Below, piece after piece: positions 8,640-19,402 of a stretch of DNA of 64,000 nucleotides. This stretch comes from an uncultured Phycisphaerales bacterium. GTDB taxonomy: Bacteria; Planctomycetota; Phycisphaerae; Sedimentisphaerales; Anaerobacaceae. The translations under genes were made by a program, and so were the position numbers. Location of the stretch: positions 1,344,001-1,408,000 of the forward strand of contig OY970359.1 of assembly GCA_963718665.1 (NCBI GenBank), in the 5' to 3' direction. The notes beneath the pieces were generated by a model. That model had not been told where the DNA came from. It did not search any database and saw only the letters and a list, made by a program, of their open reading frames with translations. The stretch's first letter is position 1, and each line of letters starts with the position of its first letter.

Positions 8640-10187
8640 ATGAAGAAAATAAAGACAGCATCTTGGGTCGTTTCCCTGCTTGCGCTATGCGTCTGCACGG
8701 TTGGTTGCGATGTCAAGTTCTGGGACCCCACCCAAGTTGGCAGATTTAAGCCAGTTCCGGCAGTGAACGTGATACTCGATTCACTGGGCGTGGCAGAGGA
8801 AACGTCCGCTGCCTGGGAAACCGGCGAGGATCCCAAACCCGCCGACGTCGTCGCATATGATACTGATTACGTCTTCGGCCCCGGCGATGCTGTCAACATA
8901 AGCATTTTCGAGCTGTTCCAGGAAGGCGTTTTGTATTCAAACCAGTTTGTTGTTACCGAAACAGGCAAATTATCTATTCCTGACGTCGGAGTGGTGAACG
9001 CGGGCGGGCTGACCGAATCACAACTGGAAGAGGAAATAAAGCAGATTCTCTCGCCCAACATCCTGAAATCGCCTTCGGTAACGGTAACCCTGTTCAAATC
9101 CCAAAGCCGGTTGTTTTCTGTTCTGGGCAACGGCGTTCCGAAGCCCGGCCTATATGAAATACCCCGTTACGATTATCGGCTGGCGGATGCACTGGCAATC
9201 GCGGGTGGTATAAGCCAGTTTAATATAAGCTACATATATATATCCAGACAAATTACGGGCAAAGAAACGTCGGCTGAACCGGCCCTGCCTCCTACAGAAA
9301 CACCCAAAGTAAATGTCGAGAAAGCCGCCCCCCCAACTGAGAAGCCGGATGAAATGCTGGAAATAATCGCCCCAATGGCAAATCGCGGCGCAGGTAGCAA
9401 CATTGTCATCGCCTCAACGGAAATGGCCACAGCCAACGAGCTTGATGAAACCGCATTACCGGAAACATTACAGGAATCCGAGGATAGCAATCAGAAAACA
9501 GATGGTCGTCCGTCTTCCGCCACCAGCCCTCCATCATCTGCAAGCGAAGGCCGGATTGAATGGACATTCCAGGATGGCCGATGGATTCCGGTCCAGATAG
9601 GCGAGTCCCAGCCCCAAAAACCTCAGGAACAGGTTGAGCAACCCAGGCAGCCACAAGCCGCCAAAGAACCCGCTGCAGCCGGCTGGGAACAAATCGGCTC
9701 CGGAGGCGCACAGAGACGAATCATAAGAGTTCCCGCAGACAAACTCCTTGGCGGAGACCCTCGTTATAATATCGTAATCAGACCAAGCGATACTATTCAC
9801 GTGCCTGTTGATATTATTGGCGAATTCTGTATTATGGGCAACGTAAATAATCAGGGGTTTGTCAACATAACAGGTCGTCCTATGACGCTGAAAATGGCGA
9901 TCGCTTCAGCGGGCGGTCTGGGACCTCTGGCGTGGCCAAAAAATTGTGAAGTCGTCAGAAGAATTGGTAAGAAACGCGAAGAAATCGTTATGGTGAACCT
10001 GGATAAAATCGCAACGGGCGAACAGCCGGACTTCTTTATCAAACCAAACGACTTAATCAATGTCGGGACGCATCCGGCAGCCAGATGGCTTGCGGTGCTG
10101 CGAAATGCCTTCAGGGCGACTTATGGCTTTGGGTTCGTTTATGACCGGAATTTCTATCTTAACCCGGCATCAACAACAAACTTTTAA
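8640..10187 (+). CDS. Polysaccharide biosynthesis/export lipoprotein (Wza-like, Poly_export + SLBB domains)
   Basis: Lipobox VGC; DYVFGPGDAVNISI...G.LSIPDVG Poly_export motif; two SLBB-type repeats (RLADALAIAGG, TLKMAIASAGG). Confidence 0.85.
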   Translation: MKKIKTASWVVSLLALCVCTVGCDVKFWDPTQVGRFKPVPAVNVILDSLGVAEETSAAWETGEDPKPADVVAYDTDYVFGPGDAVNISIFELFQEGVLYSNQFVVTETGKLSIPDVGVVNAGGLTESQLEEEIKQILSPNILKSPSVTVTLFKSQSRLFSVLGNGVPKPGLYEIPRYDYRLADALAIAGGISQFNISYIYISRQITGKETSAEPALPPTETPKVNVEKAAPPTEKPDEMLEIIAPMANRGAGSNIVIASTEMATANELDETALPETLQESEDSNQKTDGRPSSATSPPSSASEGRIEWTFQDGRWIPVQIGESQPQKPQEQVEQPRQPQAAKEPAAAGWEQIGSGGAQRRIIRVPADKLLGGDPRYNIVIRPSDTIHVPVDIIGEFCIMGNVNNQGFVNITGRPMTLKMAIASAGGLGPLAWPKNCEVVRRIGKKREEIVMVNLDKIATGEQPDFFIKPNDLINVGTHPAARWLAVLRNAFRATYGFGFVYDRNFYLNPASTTNF

Positions 10188-10282
10188 TGGGATGGCCATA
10201 CAAAGGTTGATTGTGTGTTAAGCACCTGGGTACGTAAAACTGCCCAAAATCGCCAACCAAATATCGCAGAAAATCGAATATT

Positions 10283-11251
10283 ATGGCGGATAACTTTACT
10301 GTATCTACTACCGATACTCAGGAAACCGCTTCGGCACCAAAAGAGCAGTGGCGGCAACTCGGAGTGCACACATATATCCGGATTGTGATAATCGGAACGC
10401 TACTTTACTGCCTGTTTAACAAGGAAGTAGGGAGCATCGTTCACCAGTGGCTGTTCGATCCCGGCTGGTCGCATGGACTCCTTATCCCGCTTTTCAGCTT
10501 ATACTTTCTGAACCAGTCCAAGCAGGAAATCCTCAATACCCGAACCAAACCAAACTATCTGGGGCTGCTTTTGCTGGTCGGCGTAATCTTGTTTTACGTT
10601 TTTAACACGATTACCCCAGCGGGGTATGGATACTTCCGACAGATATCCACAGTCGGAGCGCTTGGGGCCGTGGTATTGTTTCTTGGCGGCTGGGTTTTGC
10701 TGAAATATACGTGGCTGCCAATCGCATACCTTATATTCGCGATACCGCTGCCGGATGAAATATTAAGAAGCGCCACGATACCAATGCGCCTGTGGGCGGC
10801 TGCGGCTTCAACCGCGGTACTCAATCTGATACCAAAAATGGATGCTATGGCCAACGGGGTCGTAATAGATATCATTTACAAAGGCAAGGTCCTGGAGCCG
10901 CCCCTCGACGTGGCAGAGGCGTGCAGTGGTATGCGCCTGCTGATGACGTTTTTTGCCCTGGGCGTGGCAATGGCATATCTGCACTACAGGCCAGCATGGC
11001 AGCGACTCGTGCTTTTGGCCAGTACTATCCCAATAGCGATTCTCTGCAATATTATAAGGGTAACTATAACCGGTCTCATCTACGTGTTTTGTGACCCGCA
11101 ATATGCACAGGGAATTTACCACGACCTGCTGGGAATGGCTATGCTCCCGGTGGCGTTCGGGCTTTACGGGGCGATTGCCTGGTTTATGTCGAACCTGTTT
11201 GTCGAGGATGATGAGTCCAAAGTTTCGGACGTCATCGTCAGGCGCCGCTAA
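10283..11251 (+). CDS. Exosortase (EpsH family)
   Basis: Multi-TM; WSHGLLIP, catalytic Cys in VAEACSGMR, Arg in NIIRV, His in YHD. Confidence 0.9.
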   Translation: MADNFTVSTTDTQETASAPKEQWRQLGVHTYIRIVIIGTLLYCLFNKEVGSIVHQWLFDPGWSHGLLIPLFSLYFLNQSKQEILNTRTKPNYLGLLLLVGVILFYVFNTITPAGYGYFRQISTVGALGAVVLFLGGWVLLKYTWLPIAYLIFAIPLPDEILRSATIPMRLWAAAASTAVLNLIPKMDAMANGVVIDIIYKGKVLEPPLDVAEACSGMRLLMTFFALGVAMAYLHYRPAWQRLVLLASTIPIAILCNIIRVTITGLIYVFCDPQYAQGIYHDLLGMAMLPVAFGLYGAIAWFMSNLFVEDDESKVSDVIVRRR

Positions 11252-11291
11252 AGCATAGGAGTCCGAAACAATAAACGGAACTAAAATAACA

Positions 11292-12065
11292 ATGACAACG
11301 CCGAAGAATATACGAGAGACGATTAAAGCCAACTACCTGCAGCCGGCTTTTCTGATATGCGTCTGTCTGCTGGCAACAACAGCCGGTGGTATGTCGGCAG
11401 CAGTGAAAATGGCGGGAATATACCTGAAGAAGGAACCGCTACCCCTGAAAAAATCCCTAAGCGACCTCGACAAATCTAATCTTGCACCCTACAAAGTGAT
11501 CGAGAAATCAAAAATCGAGAACCAGGATATTCTTAACACCCTGGGGACCGAAGATTACATTCAGTGGACACTGGAAGACACAGGCGCCCCGGCGGAAAGC
11601 AAAACGCGGTTTTGCACATTATTCATAACTTACTATCCGCTGCCTGACATAGTGCCGCACAGGCCCGAAGAATGTTATATCGGGGGCGGCTTGCAGGGAA
11701 TAAAATTCGAAACAGTTACGCTCAGCGCCATGCAAGGTGTTTACGAGCGGGAAATAAAAACACGGTACCTCGTATTTGCCGACACAAAGGCGGAGTCGTC
11801 GTTTGGCGGGACATCCTTTCCGATCCTTTACACTTTCAACGCCAACGGCAAATATGGCGACAGGGACGATGTCCGAAAAGCGCTGAACAAAAATTTGTTC
11901 GGCAAATTCTCGTATTTTTCCAAGATCGAATGGAAATTCTATAATATCGCCTCTGGGCGGATAATTTATCCGAATAAACAAGAGGCGATTGCGGCAAGTG
12001 AAAAATTGATGTCGGTTATTTTACCGGTTCTGGAAAAAGATTATTGGCCCAATGGGCGCTGGTAA
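11292..12065 (+). CDS. Exosortase-associated EpsI family protein
   Basis: Single N-terminal TM, VPHRPEECYIGGG (H.PE.C...G) motif, adjacent to exosortase. Confidence 0.8.
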   Translation: MTTPKNIRETIKANYLQPAFLICVCLLATTAGGMSAAVKMAGIYLKKEPLPLKKSLSDLDKSNLAPYKVIEKSKIENQDILNTLGTEDYIQWTLEDTGAPAESKTRFCTLFITYYPLPDIVPHRPEECYIGGGLQGIKFETVTLSAMQGVYEREIKTRYLVFADTKAESSFGGTSFPILYTFNANGKYGDRDDVRKALNKNLFGKFSYFSKIEWKFYNIASGRIIYPNKQEAIAASEKLMSVILPVLEKDYWPNGRW

Positions 12066-12137
12066 TCAAAAACGTGTCTGCTTTACCGGTTTACCAGGCG
12101 ACATTAGCAATTTCAAAAATATAAGGAGCAAAATTCA

Positions 12138-15100
12138 ATGGCAAAAAAACGGCTAAACAAAAAATTGGCGATGATTGGTTCCGTACTTTTTGTGTTCGTG
12201 GCAATTACGGTCATTGTAGGGCTTATATATCTAAGCAGAAGAAACCCGCAGAAATTCCTAAAATACGGTGATGAGGCAATCGCAACGGCCCGCCAGACAA
12301 CGGACCAAGTGCATCGCAAGGAAATTTATAAAGAAGCCGAACGAAACTACAGAAAGGCCTACAGCTACTCCAAAACCGACGAGCTAAAAATTGTAGGCCT
12401 TCATCGCCTCGCGGATCTTTATATAGAAACAGAGGACTGGCGTAGCGTTATGGGATGCTGGACCCAGATTGTACGTCTCGACCCAAAGGACATAAAAGCA
12501 AGATATAACCGGCTGAAATATTTTTATATATTCGCGCAAACAGTTTCCGGGCAGGCGTGGCAAGAGGTAGCTGCGCAGGCCGGGGAGTTTATAGAAATGA
12601 TAGAAACGCCCGGCGCCACAGCGGAGCTTGCAACAGAAGATACATCGAAGCTGGAAATCGAAGCGTTTAAACAAAGCGGAGAGCCGGCGCATAAATTGGG
12701 GCCATATTTGCACCTGATGAGGGGACAGGCCAATTTACAGATTGCGATACTCGGAATGGTAACAAATAGAGAGGAAACGCTCAACCAAGCTATTGCCGAC
12801 CTTGAGAAAGTAAAACAGCTCGAGCCGGGAAACACTGATGTGTATCTATATCTTGCGCAGGCGACGGCTTTCAGAGGCGAGATGGAAGCATCGAAAGGAA
12901 ACCTAGAGGCGAGAGTTAAAAGCCAGGAAGAGGCAATCGAATTACTTAAGGAAGGGATAAAAGCAACAAATGACGACGTAAAAGCATACATTAATTTTCT
13001 CGATATGAAGCACAATTTCAGCTTTGCTCAGGCCGGCGTCGCGTCATCCGACCAGAAAAAGCAGCTTTTGGAAATGGAACCGGAGTACTTGTCGCTTACC
13101 GCTAAATTCGGTTCCAAAGCGGAAGTGTTTTCGGCGCTTGCCTCTTTCTATTCTGACTACCGTCTCGGCCCGGCTTATCTCGACAAGGCAATTGAAGCGG
13201 CAGAAAAAGCTGTCGAACTCGACAAAAATGACGTCGATTACGTTGCGATCGCCTCAAGTTTGCACTTAAGAAGGTTTCATATAAAAAACCAAAATACGGA
13301 CTTGAACAAGGCAATTGAGCTTACGCAAAACGCTCTTTTACTTCCTGACACACAGGAAACAACCGGCCCCAGGTCTGATGCGAAGAGGAATAATCGATTA
13401 CTAATGCTCAGTATACTCGCCAACATTTATATCGACCAGATAATGGATGCAAACGCGTCACCGAGAGAATCTGAGGGACAACAATTATTGACGAACGCCC
13501 AACAGACGGTAAGGCAGATTGAACAGTTTTATCGCAGCGGCGATGACCCGCAGGTAGTTAAATGGCAGGGTATGGTCGAGCTTGCCGCCGCTCGACTCAA
13601 ACAAAGCGATCCAGCGCCTGCCATCCAAAAATTATACAAAGCTTATACGCAGTTGAAGGCAGCGGGACGTTCAGACCCGCGCCTTTCATACCGGCTTGCA
13701 AAAACATTTGCTTATGGCATAGAAAACGGCGCGGTTAGCGAGTTTCTCGTCGACGCTCTACAAAATGGAATAGAGTCGGCCCTGCCGGAGTCGCGACTGG
13801 AATATGCCGAGCTTCTCCTCAAAGCCGCTATATGGAAGGCGGCCCTTGCCCATATCGATTTATTCGAGGAAAGATACGGAATCACAGACAGAAGCCGGAT
13901 ATTGCGAACGCGTGCATATATAATCGCCAGAGAATTCGCGGAGGCGGAGCGTTGTCTTGACCAAATACCGCAACAGGACCCTTCATGGCGGCAGCTTAAA
14001 GCCGCTATTCTCGAAACCAAGGGGACGGTATTACGCACAATTATCATTAGCCGAGAGGAAAAACCGCGAACCAGCACGGTTCTGATGAGTGCCCTTTCAC
14101 AAAAGCCGCAGCAACAAGAGGTTGACCAGCGTTCAACCGAACAGATTGCGACAGAGATGAAAACCATCGCATCCGCCTTTATCGAAAATATGGATGCTAT
14201 GCTCTCAGCAGACCCAAATTCGCTGGAAGTTACAACAGCCGGCTCGATGTGCGATGACGCAATAACAAGCGGGAACCTTGACCAGGCAAATTTGATAATT
14301 GAGAAGTATTTGAAATACCAGCCGGATAATGTAACTGCGTTGTTTTACAAACGGCTTCTCGCCGAGCCGACTCCGGCAAAAGTATCTCCCGAAAGAGTTA
14401 GCCAGCTTAAAGAGGATGTCCTGAACGGCATTGCAGACCCTCTTAGGCGAACACTCGCCCTAGGCACTTTTTACATAACTAACAACGATTCCAACAAGGC
14501 ATCGGAGCAACTCAGGAAGCTTGTCCCTCCACCCATAGGCACCGGCTCGCTCCAGGCAGACGATAACTCAAAACGTCGAGCGATAACATATTTGTTTGAC
14601 ATCGGGTTAGAAAAAAAGGACTGGGGCACTATCGACAAAATCCTGCAAATAGCCAAGCGAGAAAATTATGACGATTGCTCAGGGGACTTTTTCGCGGCTC
14701 GAGCCGCTCTTGCGAAAGAACAATATGAAACTGCTCTTGCAAGCATAGATAGCGCGTTGTCGCAAAGACCAGTTTTCGGGTATGGCTATCTGCTGCGGTC
14801 CCGCATCAACTCCGCAATGGGTAATGAGGCCGCCGCGCTTGCCGACATAAGCATGGCATCAAAAACCACCCCGCTGGACAAGACCGTCGCGAAAGAATAT
14901 GTCAATCGGCTGTACAAACGCAACCAAGCTCTCGGCGATAATGTATCGACATCGCAACTGGCCGAAACCAGGGGCGCTTTGGACTGGGCGATGTCGCTTA
15001 ATCAGGGCGACGTGCAACTGATGAGTTTCTATGCGGAATACATAAGCGAAAACGACCCGAATCGCGCACTTGCACTGCGGCAGAGCTTGCAGGAAAATAT

Positions 15101-17084
15101 GCCGAGTATGAAGAACGCACTATTGCTTGCCCGGCTCGCCACACGGCTTGGTCTGGACAACACTGATACCCAACGCCGGCAGTCGCTATTCGCAATGGCA
15201 TCCTCGGCCCTGGAACAGGCGAAAAGCTATGACCCCCAGAGCCCTGTCGTACTCGAGAGTTATGCAGAGTACTATCGAGAAACAGGCCAGCCGGAAAAGG
15301 CAGAGCAGTTATTGAAAGAAACGAAGGAATCGCAACTGTTGTGGCGGTTTTACATAAAGACGGGAAGATATAACGACGCCCGCAAATCTTTAGAGCAGTA
15401 CTATCAGACCAACCCCAGGGACGTAAACGTCCTAGAGGGATTGTTATTTATTGCGGGGGCAACCGGCGATAAAGCTGCTGCGACAAAATATGGCGAACAA
15501 CTGTTATCCGCCACGGAAACACCTGAAATTCATCTTTTGGTGATCCAAACTTATCTTGACATCGGATTGATCAAGGACGCCGAACAAAAACTGGCAAGTT
15601 TCAGGGAAAAATACCCCCAGGAAGGCAAAGGGTTACTGCTGAGCTCATGGCTTTCTATGAAACAGGGACGGTTAAAAGAGGCACTGGAGCTGGTAAACAA
15701 GCGGCTTGAGAGCAACCAGAGTGACGCGACCGCCTGGCAACTGCGCGGACAGATTGATAGTATGATGTCGGATTACGACCAGGCAATCACGGACCTTAAA
15801 CGAAGCAAGACCCTGCTTGACGCAGCAATGACTCGTATTATACTCGCGAAGGTTTATATGAGGGCAGGGCGCACCGATGACGCCGCTATCGAGCTTAAAA
15901 GCTTGGTCGAGGACCCGCAGGCGCCAGATGAGGCAAGGACGATGCTCGAACAAATTTACTCACAAGCCGGGCGAAAGGAAGCCCTTGAGGATTTCTACTC
16001 GAAAATTCTCAAACAATTGCCCGAAAGTGTTTACTGGTATAAGCACGCAGCCGGGTTTGCAGGCGGCGCAGGCGATTTTGCCGGGGCGGAACAATTATAT
16101 GAAACCGCACTGAGAAAAAGTATTGAACAGGGACAGCCGGACGCTGACGCTCTTGGCGGATATCTGCGAGCAATTACGACTGCCGGAAAAATGGAAAAGT
16201 TATTCGAAGAGGCCGGCAAATACATCGATGGAAACCTTGCCCCTGTCGCCTATCTAAAAATGGCGGAGGGCAAAATGAAGCTCGGCGACCGCATCACTGC
16301 TGTGCAGTATTGCAAAAAAGCTATCGAAAAAACAGGCGACAATGATGCTATGGTCGTGCAGATTCTGGGAAAAATTTACGGACTAATCGGCGAGCAAGAA
16401 ACAGAACAAATGTGCAGGCAAAAGCTCGATATGCAGCCGGAGTCGCTCTCGGCAAACTGGACTATGTATAACCTGTGCCGACTTAAAACCGACTACAATA
16501 AGGCACTTGAATATATCGATAAATGTCTCAAGGCAACCGGGCCTGACCAGCCACAACGGCTCAATTACACGATGCAGAAGGCCGAAATACTGATGCTCGC
16601 TTTCAGCAAAACTTCCGATAATAAATACCTTAAAGATGCTATCGGGGTCTATGAAAGTCTGCTGGAAAAAATGCCGAATAATACCAGTGTTCTGAATAAT
16701 ATCGCGTACATCCTTGCGGTTAACAACCAGGATTTAGACAAGGCGATTGAATACGCCAGACGAGCTCATGAGATGCAACCAGACGAACCGGAATACCTTG
16801 ATACTTATGCCGTTGTACTCTACAAAAAAGGTAAATATGCTGAGTCATTGCAGTTATCGCAGGCATCGATACAGCAGTATGAGGCGAGACGGCTATCGCC
16901 GCCCGTAGAGGCGTATGAGCACTTGGCACAGGCCCATGAGCAGCTCGGTGAATTGACACAGGCACGTGCGGCTTACGGGCAGGCACTGGATGCCGGCGGA
17001 GACAACATGCAGAAAGTGGACAAGGAACGAATAAATGCCGCAATCGAACGGCTCGGAAAAAACAAGGGCGATGACAAAAAGTAA
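12138..17084 (+). CDS. Very large membrane-anchored tetratricopeptide repeat protein
   Basis: 1648 aa; basic N-terminus + TM; many TPR-like units; C-terminal LNNIAY...YLDTYA typical of EPS/PEP-CTERM-associated TPR proteins. Confidence 0.85.
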   Translation: MAKKRLNKKLAMIGSVLFVFVAITVIVGLIYLSRRNPQKFLKYGDEAIATARQTTDQVHRKEIYKEAERNYRKAYSYSKTDELKIVGLHRLADLYIETEDWRSVMGCWTQIVRLDPKDIKARYNRLKYFYIFAQTVSGQAWQEVAAQAGEFIEMIETPGATAELATEDTSKLEIEAFKQSGEPAHKLGPYLHLMRGQANLQIAILGMVTNREETLNQAIADLEKVKQLEPGNTDVYLYLAQATAFRGEMEASKGNLEARVKSQEEAIELLKEGIKATNDDVKAYINFLDMKHNFSFAQAGVASSDQKKQLLEMEPEYLSLTAKFGSKAEVFSALASFYSDYRLGPAYLDKAIEAAEKAVELDKNDVDYVAIASSLHLRRFHIKNQNTDLNKAIELTQNALLLPDTQETTGPRSDAKRNNRLLMLSILANIYIDQIMDANASPRESEGQQLLTNAQQTVRQIEQFYRSGDDPQVVKWQGMVELAAARLKQSDPAPAIQKLYKAYTQLKAAGRSDPRLSYRLAKTFAYGIENGAVSEFLVDALQNGIESALPESRLEYAELLLKAAIWKAALAHIDLFEERYGITDRSRILRTRAYIIAREFAEAERCLDQIPQQDPSWRQLKAAILETKGTVLRTIIISREEKPRTSTVLMSALSQKPQQQEVDQRSTEQIATEMKTIASAFIENMDAMLSADPNSLEVTTAGSMCDDAITSGNLDQANLIIEKYLKYQPDNVTALFYKRLLAEPTPAKVSPERVSQLKEDVLNGIADPLRRTLALGTFYITNNDSNKASEQLRKLVPPPIGTGSLQADDNSKRRAITYLFDIGLEKKDWGTIDKILQIAKRENYDDCSGDFFAARAALAKEQYETALASIDSALSQRPVFGYGYLLRSRINSAMGNEAAALADISMASKTTPLDKTVAKEYVNRLYKRNQALGDNVSTSQLAETRGALDWAMSLNQGDVQLMSFYAEYISENDPNRALALRQSLQENMPSMKNALLLARLATRLGLDNTDTQRRQSLFAMASSALEQAKSYDPQSPVVLESYAEYYRETGQPEKAEQLLKETKESQLLWRFYIKTGRYNDARKSLEQYYQTNPRDVNVLEGLLFIAGATGDKAAATKYGEQLLSATETPEIHLLVIQTYLDIGLIKDAEQKLASFREKYPQEGKGLLLSSWLSMKQGRLKEALELVNKRLESNQSDATAWQLRGQIDSMMSDYDQAITDLKRSKTLLDAAMTRIILAKVYMRAGRTDDAAIELKSLVEDPQAPDEARTMLEQIYSQAGRKEALEDFYSKILKQLPESVYWYKHAAGFAGGAGDFAGAEQLYETALRKSIEQGQPDADALGGYLRAITTAGKMEKLFEEAGKYIDGNLAPVAYLKMAEGKMKLGDRITAVQYCKKAIEKTGDNDAMVVQILGKIYGLIGEQETEQMCRQKLDMQPESLSANWTMYNLCRLKTDYNKALEYIDKCLKATGPDQPQRLNYTMQKAEILMLAFSKTSDNKYLKDAIGVYESLLEKMPNNTSVLNNIAYILAVNNQDLDKAIEYARRAHEMQPDEPEYLDTYAVVLYKKGKYAESLQLSQASIQQYEARRLSPPVEAYEHLAQAHEQLGELTQARAAYGQALDAGGDNMQKVDKERINAAIERLGKNKGDDKK

Positions 17085-17224
17085 CAATAACGCCAGGACA
17101 ATGATTCGTTTTGATATTATGAGAATCTACTGACAAATGGCAGACGCAGGACAAAAACCGATTGTAGTGGAACCCAGGATGATGACTCCGAGGCCAGCTA
17201 TGGCTGCGCGGGGCCGCCGAAGGA

Positions 17225-19363
17225 ATGACGCCGCGAGAAATTCTTGCCACACTGCGCCGACACTGGCTTATGATTTTCCTGCTAACGATACTCGGCTTTG
17301 GGTGTGGCGGAGTGAGCTGGTTTTTGTTTTCAAGATACGGGCCAAGGTACACTGCGCAAACTTTCATAAAGGTGCTCCCACCCATCGAGAAAGACCCCAC
17401 TGCGATACAAGCCATTACTGTCGGACAGGACATCCAATACGGTTATCGACAGTCAATGGCTATGCAATTGACAAGCCAGAGTATGTTCCAACAGCTCATT
17501 GACAGGGACAAAATCCAACAGACCAAATGGTTTAAAGAGTTCGGCGACATAAAAGACGTCCGTATAAGAAAAGCCGTCAAGAATTTAAAGAGAAGCTTCG
17601 ACGCCAGCCCACAAAGAGACGGCGATTCAATCATAGTTTCGATGACCTGCGGGGACAAAGAAGAATCGGCGCTTATAGTCAATGAAATGGCATCTCTGTT
17701 TGTCGGCGGCCAGGGAGGAACAAAACGTAAAGAAGTGGCGGAAAAATTATCCCGGCTCGATGAAGAGCAGGCTCGTGTTCAAAAGGATTTGGATTCGGCT
17801 GATCGGTCGCTCGACGACGTTCGCCGCAGATACGGGTTTACCGATCTTGAAGAGCATGCATTCCAGCCGGTGGTAGAACAAAAGCTCAATGATCTGGAAA
17901 ACCAGGCAAATAAGCTGGAAATGGATATCAGCCAGACACGGGCCTCTATCGAAACTCTCGCGGTACAAGCACAAGGACCCGTTCAGGTGCAGGTTGAGCG
18001 GCAGACGGAAATTGACCCCGTGATGCTTGAATTATCGCAGCAACTGGCACTACAGGAATCTACGCTGGCAGGCGCGCTTGCGCGATTCGGTGAAGACCAC
18101 AGGGTAGTTCGACAAATCAAAGAATATATCGACTCTATACAACAGGAACGGCTCCGTCGACAGGCAACAATAGCCGAACAAGTGAGGCAATCAAACTTGA
18201 AAAACGCCCAGGATCAGCTTACAACGCTTGAGGGCCAACTCGACCAGCTCGAAAAAATGCGCGACGCAGCCGCAAAACAAAAAGAAGAGCTTGACCTGGC
18301 GAGGGTACAGTTCACACAACGCATGAAAATAAGAGACGAAAGAAGGGCGATGCTCGATACAATTAAAACCCAGACGGAAAAACTTAAGATAATTCACGAC
18401 GACCCTGAAACGCCTACAGTTCAAGTTATGGGCCTCGCACCTGAACCACTTGAAGTAAGTTTTCCAAAATGGCAAATCTTTTTCCCCGGCGGAACATTTT
18501 TAGGGCTGTTACTTGGTATCGGATTGGCATTCTTAATAGAAATGCTCAATGACCTTGTTCGAACGCCGAAAGATGTGACGACGCATTTGCATATTCCGCT
18601 GCTTGGGATTATACCTGACACCGAAGAGGACGAACAAGTTGAAGGTATTGAGCCGGCGCTCGTGGTTCGTCAGGCGCCAAATAGCATCCTAAGCGAATCG
18701 TATAGAAGAACGAGAACGAATCTGAAATTGTCGGAACCCGGCGGAAAAGCCAAAACAATATTAATCACCAGTGGTAGTGCCAAAGACGGCAAAACCACCG
18801 TGGCGGTAAATCTTGCCACAACACTCATCGCCGAGGGCAAAAAAGTTCTGCTGATAGACACCAATCTCCGGCGACCGGGCATAAACGCCATATTTGCCGG
18901 CGAACAAGCCACAACCCAGACAAACGCAGGACTGAGCAATTTGCTGGCGGGACAATGTGACCTGCAGCAAGCGGTACGCCCCAGCGGGATGGAAGGGTTG
19001 ACCGTAATTGGATCCGGGCCGATGCCGACCAACCCGGCGGAAGTGCTGGGAAGCGAAGCAATGCAGCGGTTAATCGGACAATTACGCGACAGTTACGATT
19101 ATGTGATAATTGACGGGCCGCCCGTACTGCTGGCAAGTGAAGCAAAATTACTGGCAAAATATGTCGATGGCACTATACTGGTATTTAATGCGGCAGTAAC
19201 CAGACGAGGCACAGGCGTGCGAACTATCAGCGAACTAAAACAGGTAAATGCCACAATACTCGGCTGTGTGCTGCTTGGAGTCAAAACGCTAAAAGGCGGC
19301 TACTTCCGGGAAATGTTCCGCTCGTATCAGGAATATCAGGCATTTGAGCCGGCAAAGGTATAA
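17225..19363 (+). CDS. Polysaccharide chain-length regulator / tyrosine autokinase (Wzc/GumC-like)
   Basis: Two TMs around a coiled coil; ESYRRTRTNL, Walker A' SGSAKDGKTT, LLIDTNLRRP, YDYVIIDGPP; true start may be 17137 via a frameshift. Confidence 0.9.
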   Translation: MTPREILATLRRHWLMIFLLTILGFGCGGVSWFLFSRYGPRYTAQTFIKVLPPIEKDPTAIQAITVGQDIQYGYRQSMAMQLTSQSMFQQLIDRDKIQQTKWFKEFGDIKDVRIRKAVKNLKRSFDASPQRDGDSIIVSMTCGDKEESALIVNEMASLFVGGQGGTKRKEVAEKLSRLDEEQARVQKDLDSADRSLDDVRRRYGFTDLEEHAFQPVVEQKLNDLENQANKLEMDISQTRASIETLAVQAQGPVQVQVERQTEIDPVMLELSQQLALQESTLAGALARFGEDHRVVRQIKEYIDSIQQERLRRQATIAEQVRQSNLKNAQDQLTTLEGQLDQLEKMRDAAAKQKEELDLARVQFTQRMKIRDERRAMLDTIKTQTEKLKIIHDDPETPTVQVMGLAPEPLEVSFPKWQIFFPGGTFLGLLLGIGLAFLIEMLNDLVRTPKDVTTHLHIPLLGIIPDTEEDEQVEGIEPALVVRQAPNSILSESYRRTRTNLKLSEPGGKAKTILITSGSAKDGKTTVAVNLATTLIAEGKKVLLIDTNLRRPGINAIFAGEQATTQTNAGLSNLLAGQCDLQQAVRPSGMEGLTVIGSGPMPTNPAEVLGSEAMQRLIGQLRDSYDYVIIDGPPVLLASEAKLLAKYVDGTILVFNAAVTRRGTGVRTISELKQVNATILGCVLLGVKTLKGGYFREMFRSYQEYQAFEPAKV

Positions 19364-19402
19364 CACATTACTCAACGACTATCGGGCATCGAAGGGTTTT
19401 AA

